Below, piece after piece: positions 49,237-59,280 of a stretch of 64,000 nt of DNA. Each line of letters starts with the position of its first letter. Position 1 is the stretch's first letter. This stretch comes from Vulcanimicrobiota bacterium (GTDB lineage: Bacteria > Vulcanimicrobiota > Vulcanimicrobiia > Vulcanimicrobiales > Vulcanimicrobiaceae). The DNA lies in NCBI GenBank assembly GCA_963812155.1, contig CAWETW010000001.1, positions 1-64,000 of the forward strand, written 5' to 3'. Position numbers and translations under genes: made by a program. Below the pieces are notes generated by a model, which saw only the letters and a list, made by a program, of their open reading frames with translations, made no database searches and was not told the origin of the DNA.

Positions 49237-50240
49237 GCCATCCCGCGGTCGTCGCTTGGGAAGGCGACGCCGTAGCATTTCTCGACCAACGGCTGTTGCC
49301 GCACGAGGTGCGCGTCGAACGAGCGCGCACGGTGCACGAAATCGAAGCCGCCATTCGTGGGCTGGGCGTCCGCGGTGCGCCGTGTATCGGTGTCTTCGCC
49401 GCATACGGCGTCGCTCTGCTGCGACGCACGACTTCCGACGAGGAGACGTTCCGTGAAGCCGTTGCGCGCGTTCGCAGCGCGCGCCCGACGGCGGTTAATC
49501 TCGCCTGGGCCGTCGATCGCGTGCTGGCCGCCGGCGACATGCTCGCCGAAGCGCACGCCATCGCCGAAGAGCAAGCGCGCACCGATGCCGCGATGGCCGC
49601 GCACGGCGCGGATCTGATCCCCAAGAACGCTCGCGTCCTCACGCACTGTAATACCGGTCCCCTGGCGACGGCGGCGGGCGGCACGGCACTCGGCGCGATC
49701 GTCGAGGCGCACCGTGCCGGCAAGCGTCCGCGCGTGTTCGTGGATGAAACGCGTCCGCTACTGCAAGGCGCGCGTTTGACGATGTTCGAGTTGCGCGAGG
49801 CCGGCGTCGACGCCGTGCTGCAGAGCGACGCTGCCGCCGCCAGCGCGATGGCCCGCGAGCGCATCGATTTGGTGATCGTCGGCGCCGACCGCATCGCTCG
49901 CAACGGCGATACCGCCAACAAAGTCGGGACGTACGGTCTCGCAATCCTCGCAGCGCATCACGGCATACCGTTTTACGTAGCGGCGCCGCGCTCGACGTTC
50001 GATTTCGCGCTGGAAAACGGCGCGGCGATTCCGATCGAGCAGCGCGACGCCGAGGAAGTCGTCGCTTTCGGCGCGACGCGCGCCGCACCGGAAGGCTCGG
50101 AGGTCTACAATCCCGCGTTCGACGTGACGCCGGGGCATTTGGTTACGGCATTCGTGACCGAGCACGGCGTGCTGCGTCCGCCCTACGGAGAATCGATCGC
50201 CGACCTCGAGTTTCGTGAAGCTCTACGACTTTCTCGATAA
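49233..50240 (+). CDS. mtnA: Methylthioribose-1-phosphate isomerase
   Basis: LDQRLLP, VRGAP, RPTAVNL, LTHCNTG, ETRPLLQGARLT, GADRI, ANKVGTY, NPAFDVTP. Confidence 0.95.
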   Translation: MSHPAVVAWEGDAVAFLDQRLLPHEVRVERARTVHEIEAAIRGLGVRGAPCIGVFAAYGVALLRRTTSDEETFREAVARVRSARPTAVNLAWAVDRVLAAGDMLAEAHAIAEEQARTDAAMAAHGADLIPKNARVLTHCNTGPLATAAGGTALGAIVEAHRAGKRPRVFVDETRPLLQGARLTMFELREAGVDAVLQSDAAAASAMARERIDLVIVGADRIARNGDTANKVGTYGLAILAAHHGIPFYVAAPRSTFDFALENGAAIPIEQRDAEEVVAFGATRAAPEGSEVYNPAFDVTPGHLVTAFVTEHGVLRPPYGESIADLEFREALRLSR

Positions 50241-51213
50241 ACAGCCCGCGATCGGCCGGCTGGTCGTCATCGAAGGCACGGAACGCGCGCTGGCGGAGCG
50301 TGCGCTCGAGGTGCTGATCGATCGGCTGCTACCCGCGGAAGCGCGCGATCTGAACTTGGAACGCTTCTCGGGCGACGACGCTGCGGACGCCGCGCGCATG
50401 CGCGAAGCGCTTCAAGCAATGCCGTTTCTGGCGGATCGTCGCGTCGTCGTCGTCGAGGACGCCCAGACGCTGAAGGCGCAGCCGCGTCGCGACCTTCTGG
50501 CGGTGGCGGAAGCGGCGCCCGAGGGAAACACGCTCGTGATCCTCGACCTGCTGTCGCCGCGCTCGGAGCGCCCGCAGGCGCTCGGCGCCGCGCTGGGGCG
50601 CGCTGCGCTGCGCGTAGACACCACCGCCTCCGAGGACGTACGCGCACGTTTCGTCGAGGAGACGTTGGAGCGTTTGGGCGCAAAGGCGGAGGCGCGCGTC
50701 GTGCACGCGCTGTCGCGCAGCGGTGCCGAACTCGCGGCCGTGCGCAGCGATCTCGAGAAACTCGCGCTCGGCGGAAAGACGATTACCATGCGCGACGTCG
50801 AGGGCGAAGCGCTTTCGATCGAGGATCCGAAGGCCTACCTTTACGCGAGTAATCTCGTGGAAGGGCGCGTCGCCGAAGCTATGGCGATCGCGCAGGAATG
50901 TTTCGACGCCGATGCGCGCGCGGGCGTCTCGCTCCTGTCGGCTCTCGCCAACGAATGCGGATATCTCTGGGAGTTGACGCGCCCCGGCGGCGCGCTGCCC
51001 GCGCGCTTACGCTGGCGCGAACGGAGCTTGCGGGGGCTCGCGCAGCGCGTCGGCGAGCGGCGTGCACGCTTGGCGTACGAGCGCGCGCTGCGCGGAATCG
51101 AGGCGATCGTGACGGGACGCGCCGGCAGCGATTCGGTGGATCAGCGAACGCTGGTCGAGCGCATCAGCGTCGAACTCTCCGGCTTGGCCGGCCGCCGTCC
51201 GGTCAGTACTTAA
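50215..51213 (+). CDS. holA: DNA polymerase III delta subunit
   Basis: DLNLERF, AMPFLADRRVVVV, DLEKL; divergent C-terminus. Confidence 0.75.
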   Translation: MKLYDFLDKQPAIGRLVVIEGTERALAERALEVLIDRLLPAEARDLNLERFSGDDAADAARMREALQAMPFLADRRVVVVEDAQTLKAQPRRDLLAVAEAAPEGNTLVILDLLSPRSERPQALGAALGRAALRVDTTASEDVRARFVEETLERLGAKAEARVVHALSRSGAELAAVRSDLEKLALGGKTITMRDVEGEALSIEDPKAYLYASNLVEGRVAEAMAIAQECFDADARAGVSLLSALANECGYLWELTRPGGALPARLRWRERSLRGLAQRVGERRARLAYERALRGIEAIVTGRAGSDSVDQRTLVERISVELSGLAGRRPVST

Positions 51214-51901
51214 GCAGTTTCAACTCGACGGTATCGTTATTGTAGACGCTGCGTTGCGGCAGGTGCGAGCGCTCGTCGAAGACATACACGGGCAGCTTCA
51301 GGGTCGGATCGAACGCAATGCGCATCTTGTCGTTGGCCGAGAGATAGCGTCCGCCTTGCTGCGTCAGTTTTCCGTTGTTCACGACGAGAATCGAGGGCGC
51401 GGCGCCTTTGATCGTGCCTTCGCCTTTCGCTTCGTACGCGGCGTTCCAGGTGGTAGACTCTCCCATGAAACCGTTGGCACCCGGAATGATCGCTGCGGTG
51501 ATCGTGTACTTAAGCGGCCAGGTCGCGTGCGCACTTCCCATCAGCGGGTGGAAATACTGGCGCGCCAGCAGCGGAAAGATGGTGAGTTGGATCGGAGAGA
51601 GCGCGAACGGACGCTGCGTGCATGCGACGTTGCCGTTCGGATAGAGTTCGCAGGTATTGGTCGCGCGCGGCCGCACGGTGTTCCACCACGAGTCGGTGCC
51701 GGTAATCATCACGCCGCCGTCGGCCGCTTGTGCGCCGACGTCCACCGTTTCCGTCCCGGTGCCGGTCCCCTGTTTCGCCGCTTTGGTGTTGTAGCCGAAT
51801 TCGTAGACGAGATGCCGTCCGGTAGCCGAGGCAAGGGCCGACGCCTGAATGCTCAGGCCGAAAATGACTGCGAGGAACAAACAAAACGCTTTCACGTGCA
51901 A
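51203..51901 (-). CDS. Secreted hypothetical protein
   Basis: GGAGG SD, signal peptide, ADGG and C...C motifs. Confidence 0.7.
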   Translation of the reverse strand: MHVKAFCLFLAVIFGLSIQASALASATGRHLVYEFGYNTKAAKQGTGTGTETVDVGAQAADGGVMITGTDSWWNTVRPRATNTCELYPNGNVACTQRPFALSPIQLTIFPLLARQYFHPLMGSAHATWPLKYTITAAIIPGANGFMGESTTWNAAYEAKGEGTIKGAAPSILVVNNGKLTQQGGRYLSANDKMRIAFDPTLKLPVYVFDERSHLPQRSVYNNDTVELKLLKY

Positions 51902-52004
51902 ACCTCCAGGATAAGGAAGGAACGGCTTGTTCGCCGGAGACCGGCGCCGACCTGGGCGGCCGGCAGCCGGTCACGCTCCGGCGGGCTCGCGGGCTGTATC
52001 GAGT

Positions 52005-52733
52005 GTGGAAGCGCTCGTCGTGGCCGCCTGCCTTGCGCTGCTGCCTGGTCCGGCAGCGCGCGTGCTTCACTATTCGTATACGTATGAGACCGGAATGTCG
52101 GCGTCCACCGAAAAGGCGTATGGCCTCGACAAGATGGATCCCGGCAGCGGCGGGACCTTCATGTTTCATAACGTCAACCAGCACTATCTCGCCCCGTCGT
52201 TCGACGCGTCCCAAAGCCGGCGCGGTACGCTGACCGTGGAGGTCGTGCGCGAAGAAGCCGACGGCGGCCTCGTGCTGCGCGTAAGGGAAGCGGCGCCGGG
52301 CGCGGCGTCCTCAGGTTCGGCGCCGGGCGCAACTTGCGTTGCCTTCGGCGACACGACCGTGATCTGCGACCCCACTCAAAGCGTCTCACCGGAAGCCGTC
52401 GCGCTGCTGGGTCTCCTCGGGAAGAATTTCGTCGATGCATCGCAGCTGGACGCGTCACGGCATTGGCACGTCGTCGCTTCGGGCAGCTACGGCGGGAGCG
52501 CGGATTTCACGGTCGTGCGCAGCGACGCGGAGATCTTGACGATCAGCGAGCGAGGGGTTCGCGCGAAGGCCGGATCATCCGAGAAAACCGACGTGAGCGC
52601 GGCCATCCTTTACGATACAACTCGTTCGCTGCCGGTGTCGGTCGACGAGTCGGTGCGCGAGCGAGTCGCGCGCGGCGACGTCGTCTCCGAAACGCGCTCC
52701 TCGCACGTCACGCTGACCCTCGAGCCGCGCTAG
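52005..52733 (+). CDS. Secreted hypothetical protein, paralog of 51203..51901
   Basis: Shares GTxTVxV...ADGGxxx and TC...VxC motifs; start approximate. Confidence 0.65.
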   Translation: MEALVVAACLALLPGPAARVLHYSYTYETGMSASTEKAYGLDKMDPGSGGTFMFHNVNQHYLAPSFDASQSRRGTLTVEVVREEADGGLVLRVREAAPGAASSGSAPGATCVAFGDTTVICDPTQSVSPEAVALLGLLGKNFVDASQLDASRHWHVVASGSYGGSADFTVVRSDAEILTISERGVRAKAGSSEKTDVSAAILYDTTRSLPVSVDESVRERVARGDVVSETRSSHVTLTLEPR

Positions 52734-54361
52734 ATTTTCCACTTCCAGGCGTTCCACGACTCGACGACCGGATTGGGATCGAAACCGTGAAAATCGGTGC
52801 TGATCGCCTCTTGCTGACGATTCCACCAGATGAAGACGACCGGATTGTCGCGCGCGAGCAGCCGCTGGATGCGCGCGTAGGCGACCGCGCGCATCGCCTG
52901 ATCGTAAGTGTTGAGCGCATCGTGCTGCGCCGACTCCATTTCGGGAGTGCAGTAACGCGAGACGTTGTAGCCGCCCGGCGGCTCGTTCGCGCACGTGAAC
53001 TGCGATGAATCGTCGGGATCGACGCCGCCGTACCAGGGCCAGAACATCATGTCGAATTTCCCACCCTGCGCGATGCCGCCCAGCGACGCGGTCGCGTAGA
53101 GCAACGCTTCCGGATAATACTTCACTTCGACGGCGATGCCGATCCGGCGGAGCGCTTCTTGCACGAGCAAGCTCTCTTGGCGGTGCGTCGCGGTGATCGT
53201 GTCGGTGGCGAGCAGAAGCTGCAGTGGCCGGCCGCCCTTGCGCGCGATCCCGTCGGAGCTAAATGCGTAACCCGCCTGGCGCAGCAAGTTTCGCGCTTCC
53301 GCGACGTCGTAAGGATACGAATGCACGTTGGGATCGAAGGCCCACATCCAATCGGGAATATCTTCGGTCGCAACCGTGTTGCGACCGAACGTCAACCGGC
53401 GTACGAAGCCGGATTTGTCGATTGCATGCGCAATGGCCAAGCGAACCCGCGGATCGGAGACGACGGGGCGCGCGAGATTGAATCCCAAACCTTCGTAGGC
53501 GTTGGCGTTGACCCACACCAGCCGCACGTCTTTGAGATCTTTGAGCTCCGGATACGTATTGATCGACGGCTGATAAATGTAGTCGATTGCGTGGGTGCGC
53601 AACAGATTCGTCGCGGTGTTCTCGTCGGGGACGATACTGACGACGACGCGCTGCAGTCCCGGCCGCCCCTCGAAAAATGACGGATTCGCGGTGACGACGA
53701 TGTGGTCGCCATGCTGCCAGGAGTCGAACCGGAACGGGCCGTCGCTCACGTTCGGAGCTTCATTGAACGGAATCTGATTGATGTTGGTATACTTCGAAAG
53801 CACGTGCGAGGGCGCGACGCCGTACGGCTGATCGCTCTCGGCGAAGAAGGTGTTGACGAACGGCGCGAAGCGGCGCTTGAGGCGAACGACGACCGTACGA
53901 GCATCCGGCGTGCCGATCGAACGGACGATGTCGTACCCGTGACGCGAGATGACGTTATCGTTCGGATTGACGATGGCTTCCCAGGACCATTTCACGTCGG
54001 CCGACGTCACGGGGACGCCGTCGCTCCACTTGGCGTCGTCGCGTAAGCGGTAGACGATCGTGAGCCCATCACGACTGATGCCGCCGTTGGCCGTCGTCGG
54101 AACGCGCGCGGCGAGCATCGGAAGCGAATTTCCCCGCGGATCGGCGGTGATCAGCGGCTCGAACATGAGGCGGTCGACGAAGCCGTCGGTCGTCGTGGTG
54201 GCGAGCAGCGGATTGAGACTTTTGGGTTCCTGAACGACCGCCACGCGCAGCACGCCGGGCTGCGTCCACGCGCGGCGCCCGCTCGCCTCGCCGGGCGAGC
54301 CGGCTTTGGTGCATCCGGCCACAAGCACGGTGAGGAGGCACGCAATCGTACGGCGCTGCAT
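52730..54361 (-). CDS. ABC transporter peptide-binding lipoprotein (SBP family 5)
   Basis: Lipobox LVAGC; SLNP, KWSDGVPVTSADVKWS, GPF, DPRVRLAIAHAID. Confidence 0.92.
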   Translation of the reverse strand: MQRRTIACLLTVLVAGCTKAGSPGEASGRRAWTQPGVLRVAVVQEPKSLNPLLATTTTDGFVDRLMFEPLITADPRGNSLPMLAARVPTTANGGISRDGLTIVYRLRDDAKWSDGVPVTSADVKWSWEAIVNPNDNVISRHGYDIVRSIGTPDARTVVVRLKRRFAPFVNTFFAESDQPYGVAPSHVLSKYTNINQIPFNEAPNVSDGPFRFDSWQHGDHIVVTANPSFFEGRPGLQRVVVSIVPDENTATNLLRTHAIDYIYQPSINTYPELKDLKDVRLVWVNANAYEGLGFNLARPVVSDPRVRLAIAHAIDKSGFVRRLTFGRNTVATEDIPDWMWAFDPNVHSYPYDVAEARNLLRQAGYAFSSDGIARKGGRPLQLLLATDTITATHRQESLLVQEALRRIGIAVEVKYYPEALLYATASLGGIAQGGKFDMMFWPWYGGVDPDDSSQFTCANEPPGGYNVSRYCTPEMESAQHDALNTYDQAMRAVAYARIQRLLARDNPVVFIWWNRQQEAISTDFHGFDPNPVVESWNAWKWKI

Positions 54362-54445
54362 GCGCCGCCTTTCGCCCTTCGAGCGCAGGCCCCATGGGTT
54401 CCCCGGAGGCGCGGGGCGGCGGGGAGCGGAACGGAAACCCGACCC

Positions 54446-55888
54446 ATGGATTACCGCACCTACGCTTCGCCGTTCTCGTGGAGATACGGGCGCGCCGCAC
54501 TTCGCGCGCTTTTTTCCGAGCGGACGCGCCGGCGGCTCTGGCGCTGCGTGTGGGTCGCCCTGGCCGAGGCCCAGAGCGCCGAAGGATTGGTGACGGCAGC
54601 CGAACTCGACGACTTGCGCGCGCATGCACACGCAATCGACATCGAGGCGGCGCATGCGATCGAGCGCGAGATTCATCACGATCTGATGGCCGAAATCCGC
54701 GTCTTCGCGTCGCAGGCGACGCTTGGCGGCGGCAAGCTGCATTTAGGCGCGACCTCGATGGACATCGAAGACACGGTCGAGACCTATCGGCTTCGATTGG
54801 CCTTGTCGTGGCTGGGCGAAAGTCTGCGCGAATTGCTGCTCGCGCTTGCCGAACGCGTCCGCCGGCACGCCGACCTCGTCTGCATGGGTTTCACCCACTT
54901 GCAGCCGGCCGAACCGACGACGTTGGGCTACCGGCTTGCCGTGTACGCGCAAGATCTGTTGATCGACGACGCCAACTTGCGCTTCGTCTTCGAAAACGTC
55001 ACGACCAAAGGTCTGCGTGGAGCGGTGGGAACCGCCGCCTCGTACGAGAGTCTGCTCGACGGCTCCGGGCGCTCGTCGAACATCGAAGCCTTCGTGCTCG
55101 AGCAATTCGGCCTCGAAGCGCGCGAGATCAGCACGCAGACCTACCCGCGGAAGCTCGACTACCTCCTGCTCTCCGCGCTCGCCGGTTTGGGCGCGTCGCT
55201 CTCGAAGTTCGCCTTCGACGTGCGCGTGCTCAGCAGCCCGGAGTTCGGTGAAACCGCCGAGCCGTTCGGCAGCGCACAGGTCGGAAGTTCGGCGATGCCC
55301 TTCAAGCGTAACCCGATCCTCTGCGAGCGGATCAATTCGCTGGCGCGCCTGCTGGTCGCATACAGCGACACCGCATGGCAGAACGCGGCGACGAATCTTT
55401 TGGAACGGACGCTCGACGACAGCGCCAACCGCCGCATGATTCTTCCCGAAGCGCTGCTGTGCGCCGACGAACTGATCGCGCTCGCGCATCGCGTCGTTGC
55501 CGGTCTGCGCGTCGACGAACGGCGGATCGCACAGAACCTGCGGACGTACGGGCCCTTTTCGGGAACCGAAGCGGTGATGATGGAAGCGGTGCGCTCGGGC
55601 GGCGACCGGCAAGCACTGCACGAATCGCTGCGGCGTGCCTCGATGGAAGCGTGGGAGGCCCTGGCTCGCGGCCAAGACAATCCGCTTTCCCGGCTGCTGG
55701 CCGAGGATTCCGGCTTGACTGCGCTCGTCGACCCCGCCGAGATCCGGCTGCTGCTCGATCCGGGCAAGCATGTCGGCACGGCGCCGCAACGCGCGCGGTT
55801 GCTGGCCGATCGCATCGAACTGTTGGAGCCGTTCCCAAAGCAAACGGAAATCGTACTGCCACCCGAGGAAAACGACACGAGTGAATAA
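54446..55888 (+). CDS. purB: Adenylosuccinate lyase
   Basis: HDLMAE, HLGATS, THLQPA, GSSAMPFKRNP, ERTLDDSA. Confidence 0.96.
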   Translation: MDYRTYASPFSWRYGRAALRALFSERTRRRLWRCVWVALAEAQSAEGLVTAAELDDLRAHAHAIDIEAAHAIEREIHHDLMAEIRVFASQATLGGGKLHLGATSMDIEDTVETYRLRLALSWLGESLRELLLALAERVRRHADLVCMGFTHLQPAEPTTLGYRLAVYAQDLLIDDANLRFVFENVTTKGLRGAVGTAASYESLLDGSGRSSNIEAFVLEQFGLEAREISTQTYPRKLDYLLLSALAGLGASLSKFAFDVRVLSSPEFGETAEPFGSAQVGSSAMPFKRNPILCERINSLARLLVAYSDTAWQNAATNLLERTLDDSANRRMILPEALLCADELIALAHRVVAGLRVDERRIAQNLRTYGPFSGTEAVMMEAVRSGGDRQALHESLRRASMEAWEALARGQDNPLSRLLAEDSGLTALVDPAEIRLLLDPGKHVGTAPQRARLLADRIELLEPFPKQTEIVLPPEENDTSE

Positions 55889-57080
55889 GGGCATCGAAAT
55901 CGCGCGCGGCAAGACCAAAGTGCTCTACGAGCTGCCCGGGCAGCCGGCACAGCTGGTGGTCGCTCAGACCGATCAGATCTCCGCCGGCGACGGCGCGCGC
56001 CGTCACGTGATCGCCGGTAAAGGGCGGCTTGCCGCACAGACGACCGCGCGAGTCTTCCGGCTGCTCAACCTCTGCGGCCTACCGACGCACTACCTCAACG
56101 GCGGCGAAGACGACGACGACAACGAAATGGTCGTGCGCCGCTGCAACATGATTCCGCTCGAGGTGGTGACGCGCGGCGTGGCCGCCGGATCGTTCGTCAA
56201 GCGAAATCCCGCCGCCGCACGCGGCGCGCTGCTCGTGCCGCGCGTCGTCGAGTTCTTTCTGAAGGACGACGCCAACCACGATCCGCTCGTGACGCCGGAG
56301 CAGATCGTCGCGCAGAGCCTGGCATCCCCGCAAGAAATTGCGACGATGAGCGAGCTGGCGCGTTTGACGTTCGACATCTTGGCGCATGCCTGGCGCCGCC
56401 GCGACGTGATGCTCGTCGATCTGAAGATCGAATTCGGACGGCTGGCCAGCGGCGAGAACCAAGGGCAACTCGTCGTCGCCGACGTGATCGACAACGATTC
56501 TTGGCGCATCTGGCCGCAAGGCCGCGAAGATCTCATGCTCGATAAGCAGATGTATCGCAATCTGCAAACGGTGGACGACGAGGCGCTCGCCACCGTGAAG
56601 CGCGCCTACGAGCGCGTCGCCGAGATGACCGGCTCTTTTCCGGTGATGCGCCCTGGAATGATCGCCGTCATCGCCGAGACGCCGGCGCTCGTCGAGCGGG
56701 CCAACGAAATTGCGTTGGCTTTCGGGCAGCTCGGCATGCCGACCGTGCGTCACGTAGCAAATCCGGCGACCACGCCGTTGTACGTCCTGCAACTGGTGCA
56801 GCAGATCGAAACGACGTTTGCGCGCGTCGCATTCGTGGCCGCGGGCGAGAGCGACGTCTTGCGCGCGATGCTGGAAGCGGCAACCTCGTCGCCGGTGCTG
56901 GACGGACGCGCCGATGCGCCGCAGCTGGCGCTGCACTGCGCGAAAATCTTCGGACTCGAGGATACGGTGCTCTTCGGCCGCACGCTGTTGATGCTGGCGA
57001 ACGCGCGGACGAGCGTGGTCGCTGCGGACTCATCGCTTCAGCAACAAGCCGTGTCGGCGCAGGGAGTCGCCCTTGGTTAG
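55881..57080 (+). CDS. purC: SAICAR synthetase with C-terminal degenerate PurE-like domain
   Basis: GKTK, MIPLEVV, KDDANHDP, DLKIEFG, DVIDNDSWRIW, DKQMYR, plus about 140 extra residues. Confidence 0.9.
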   Translation: MNKGIEIARGKTKVLYELPGQPAQLVVAQTDQISAGDGARRHVIAGKGRLAAQTTARVFRLLNLCGLPTHYLNGGEDDDDNEMVVRRCNMIPLEVVTRGVAAGSFVKRNPAAARGALLVPRVVEFFLKDDANHDPLVTPEQIVAQSLASPQEIATMSELARLTFDILAHAWRRRDVMLVDLKIEFGRLASGENQGQLVVADVIDNDSWRIWPQGREDLMLDKQMYRNLQTVDDEALATVKRAYERVAEMTGSFPVMRPGMIAVIAETPALVERANEIALAFGQLGMPTVRHVANPATTPLYVLQLVQQIETTFARVAFVAAGESDVLRAMLEAATSSPVLDGRADAPQLALHCAKIFGLEDTVLFGRTLLMLANARTSVVAADSSLQQQAVSAQGVALG

Positions 57081-59280
57081 CGGTCCGCCGCGCCGGCCAA
57101 ACCTCGCACTCTCCGCAAGCGAGCTGGAAACCATCGCGCGCCGGCTCGGACGCGACCCGACCGTCGTGGAGCAGCACGCGTTCGACGCGCAGTGGAGCGA
57201 GCATTGCAGCTACAAATCCAGCCGCCGGCATCTCGCAAAGTTGCCGTCGAGCGGATCGCGCGTCGTGCTGGGACCGGGTGAAGACGCCGGCATCGTGCAT
57301 TTGGGCGAACATGCGGGCGTGCGATACGGCGTCGTGGCGGCGCACGAGTCCCACAACCATCCTTCCCAGGTCGTGCCGTTCGAAGGCGCCGCGACCGGCG
57401 TCGGAGGGATCGTTCGCGACGTGCTGTGCATGGGCGCTGCGGTCGTGGCGGTGGGCGACGCCTTACGCTTCGGGCGCGTGGACGATCCGCGGTCGCACCA
57501 GCGATACGTGGCCCGGAGCGCCGTCGACGGGATCGGCGCGTATGGCAATGCAATCGGCGTACCGAATCTGGCCGGCGACGTCTACTTCGATGAAGGGTTC
57601 GACGAAAATTGTTTGGTGAACGTCGTCGCGCTCGGCATCGTCGACGAAGCGCAGATCGTGCACTCGTCGGCTCCGGCCGGCGCCGACGGCTGGGACATCG
57701 TGCTGGTCGGCAAGGCCACCGATGCCAGCGGATTCGGCGGCGCCTCGTTCTCATCGGTGACGCTCGATTCGGAGAACGAAGCCGCCAACAAGGGTGCCGT
57801 TCAAGTCCCGGATCCGTTTCTCGAAAACGTGCTCATGCGCGCGTCCTACCGCGTTTTCGAATTCTTGCGCGAGCGGAAAATCGGCGCGGCATTCAAGGAT
57901 CTCGGCGCGGGCGGCATCATGGGGTGCTCCGCCGAGATTACCTCGAGTGGCGGCTATGGCGCCGACCTCAACCTCGACGAGGTCAACGTCGCGTACGACG
58001 GCATGGCGCCGGAAGTGATCGCCGTCGGTGAGACGCAAGAACGCTTGCTCTGGGTGCTTCCGCCGGATGCCACCGCCGGCGTGCTGCGGATTTATAACGA
58101 TGAGTTTACGCTGCCACAGGTAGCGTTCAACGCGCGCGCCGTCGTCGTCGGCCGCGTCACCAACGAGAAGCGTTACGTGCTGCGCCATCGCGGCGCCATC
58201 GTGATGGACGTCGAGAGTGAGTTTCTGACCGGGCGGATCGATGACGAACTGCCCTACGTCGAAGCGATTCGTCACGAACCGTCCGCGCGCGAGCTGCCGG
58301 CCGTCGACGTCGAATCGGTTTTTCCGCGCGTGCTGGCCCATCGAGACGTCTGCTCGCGCGAGCCGCTCTTTCGCCGTTACGACTGGGTCGTGCGCGGCGC
58401 GACCGTCGTTCCGCGCGGCGCCGGCGATGCCGGCGTGCTGGCTCCGATTCCGGGAAGTCCGCTCGGACTCTCGTTAGCCGTTGCGGGAAATCCGCGCTAC
58501 GGCCGGATTGATGCCGGTGCCGCCGCGCAGCTGGCGGTTGTGGAAGCGGTGCGCCGCACGATTGCCGCCGGCGCCCGTCCGATCGGACTCACCGATTGCC
58601 TCAACTTCGGCGATCCGCACAAACCCGAGCGACTGGGCGAGTTCGTTGCAGCCACCGAAGGGCTGGCGCACGCGGCGCGCGAGTTCGGTTTGGCGTTCGT
58701 TTCAGGCAACGTCAGCCTTTACAACGAGTCGAAATCCGGCGCAGCGATTCCACCCTCGGCGATCGTCGCGTGCATCGGAGTCGTCTCCGACGTCGCGCGC
58801 ACGATCACGCCGGGCCTCAAACGCGCCGGTTCTTCGCTGTTGTGGGTGGGCAGTCGCGAACTCGCAGTCGGCGGGTCCGTGCTGGCCGAAGTGCTGGGCA
58901 TCGATGGGCCGCTGCCGGCGATCGACTACGACGGCGAACGGGCCGCAATCGGCATCGTGCAGTCCGCGATTTCGACGGGCGTCCTGCTCTCGTGCCGCGC
59001 CGTCGTGGACGGCGGCATGCTCACGGCGCTCGCGCGGCTCGCGTTCGACGCGCGCGCGGCCGGTCGCGAACTCGGCGCCGAACTCGATTTCGGCAATCCG
59101 CTGTGCGAAACCGGCGGATTCCTCTGCGAGGTGAGCGACGATAGCGAGGTCGACGTGTCGGGCGCGCTCAAAATCGGCGTGACGATCGCGCGGCCGGAAC
59201 TCGTCGTCAACGCAACGGTATTCGAGGTTGATGCGCTGCAGGAGATCTGGTCGAAGCCGCTCGCGGAGATTTATCCGTGA
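57073..59280 (+). CDS. purL: FGAM synthase subunit PurL (small type)
   Basis: WSEHCSYKSS, ESHNHPS, GAATGVGG, DLGAGG, DCLNFG, SGNVSLYN. Confidence 0.97.
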   Translation: MVSGPPRRPNLALSASELETIARRLGRDPTVVEQHAFDAQWSEHCSYKSSRRHLAKLPSSGSRVVLGPGEDAGIVHLGEHAGVRYGVVAAHESHNHPSQVVPFEGAATGVGGIVRDVLCMGAAVVAVGDALRFGRVDDPRSHQRYVARSAVDGIGAYGNAIGVPNLAGDVYFDEGFDENCLVNVVALGIVDEAQIVHSSAPAGADGWDIVLVGKATDASGFGGASFSSVTLDSENEAANKGAVQVPDPFLENVLMRASYRVFEFLRERKIGAAFKDLGAGGIMGCSAEITSSGGYGADLNLDEVNVAYDGMAPEVIAVGETQERLLWVLPPDATAGVLRIYNDEFTLPQVAFNARAVVVGRVTNEKRYVLRHRGAIVMDVESEFLTGRIDDELPYVEAIRHEPSARELPAVDVESVFPRVLAHRDVCSREPLFRRYDWVVRGATVVPRGAGDAGVLAPIPGSPLGLSLAVAGNPRYGRIDAGAAAQLAVVEAVRRTIAAGARPIGLTDCLNFGDPHKPERLGEFVAATEGLAHAAREFGLAFVSGNVSLYNESKSGAAIPPSAIVACIGVVSDVARTITPGLKRAGSSLLWVGSRELAVGGSVLAEVLGIDGPLPAIDYDGERAAIGIVQSAISTGVLLSCRAVVDGGMLTALARLAFDARAAGRELGAELDFGNPLCETGGFLCEVSDDSEVDVSGALKIGVTIARPELVVNATVFEVDALQEIWSKPLAEIYP

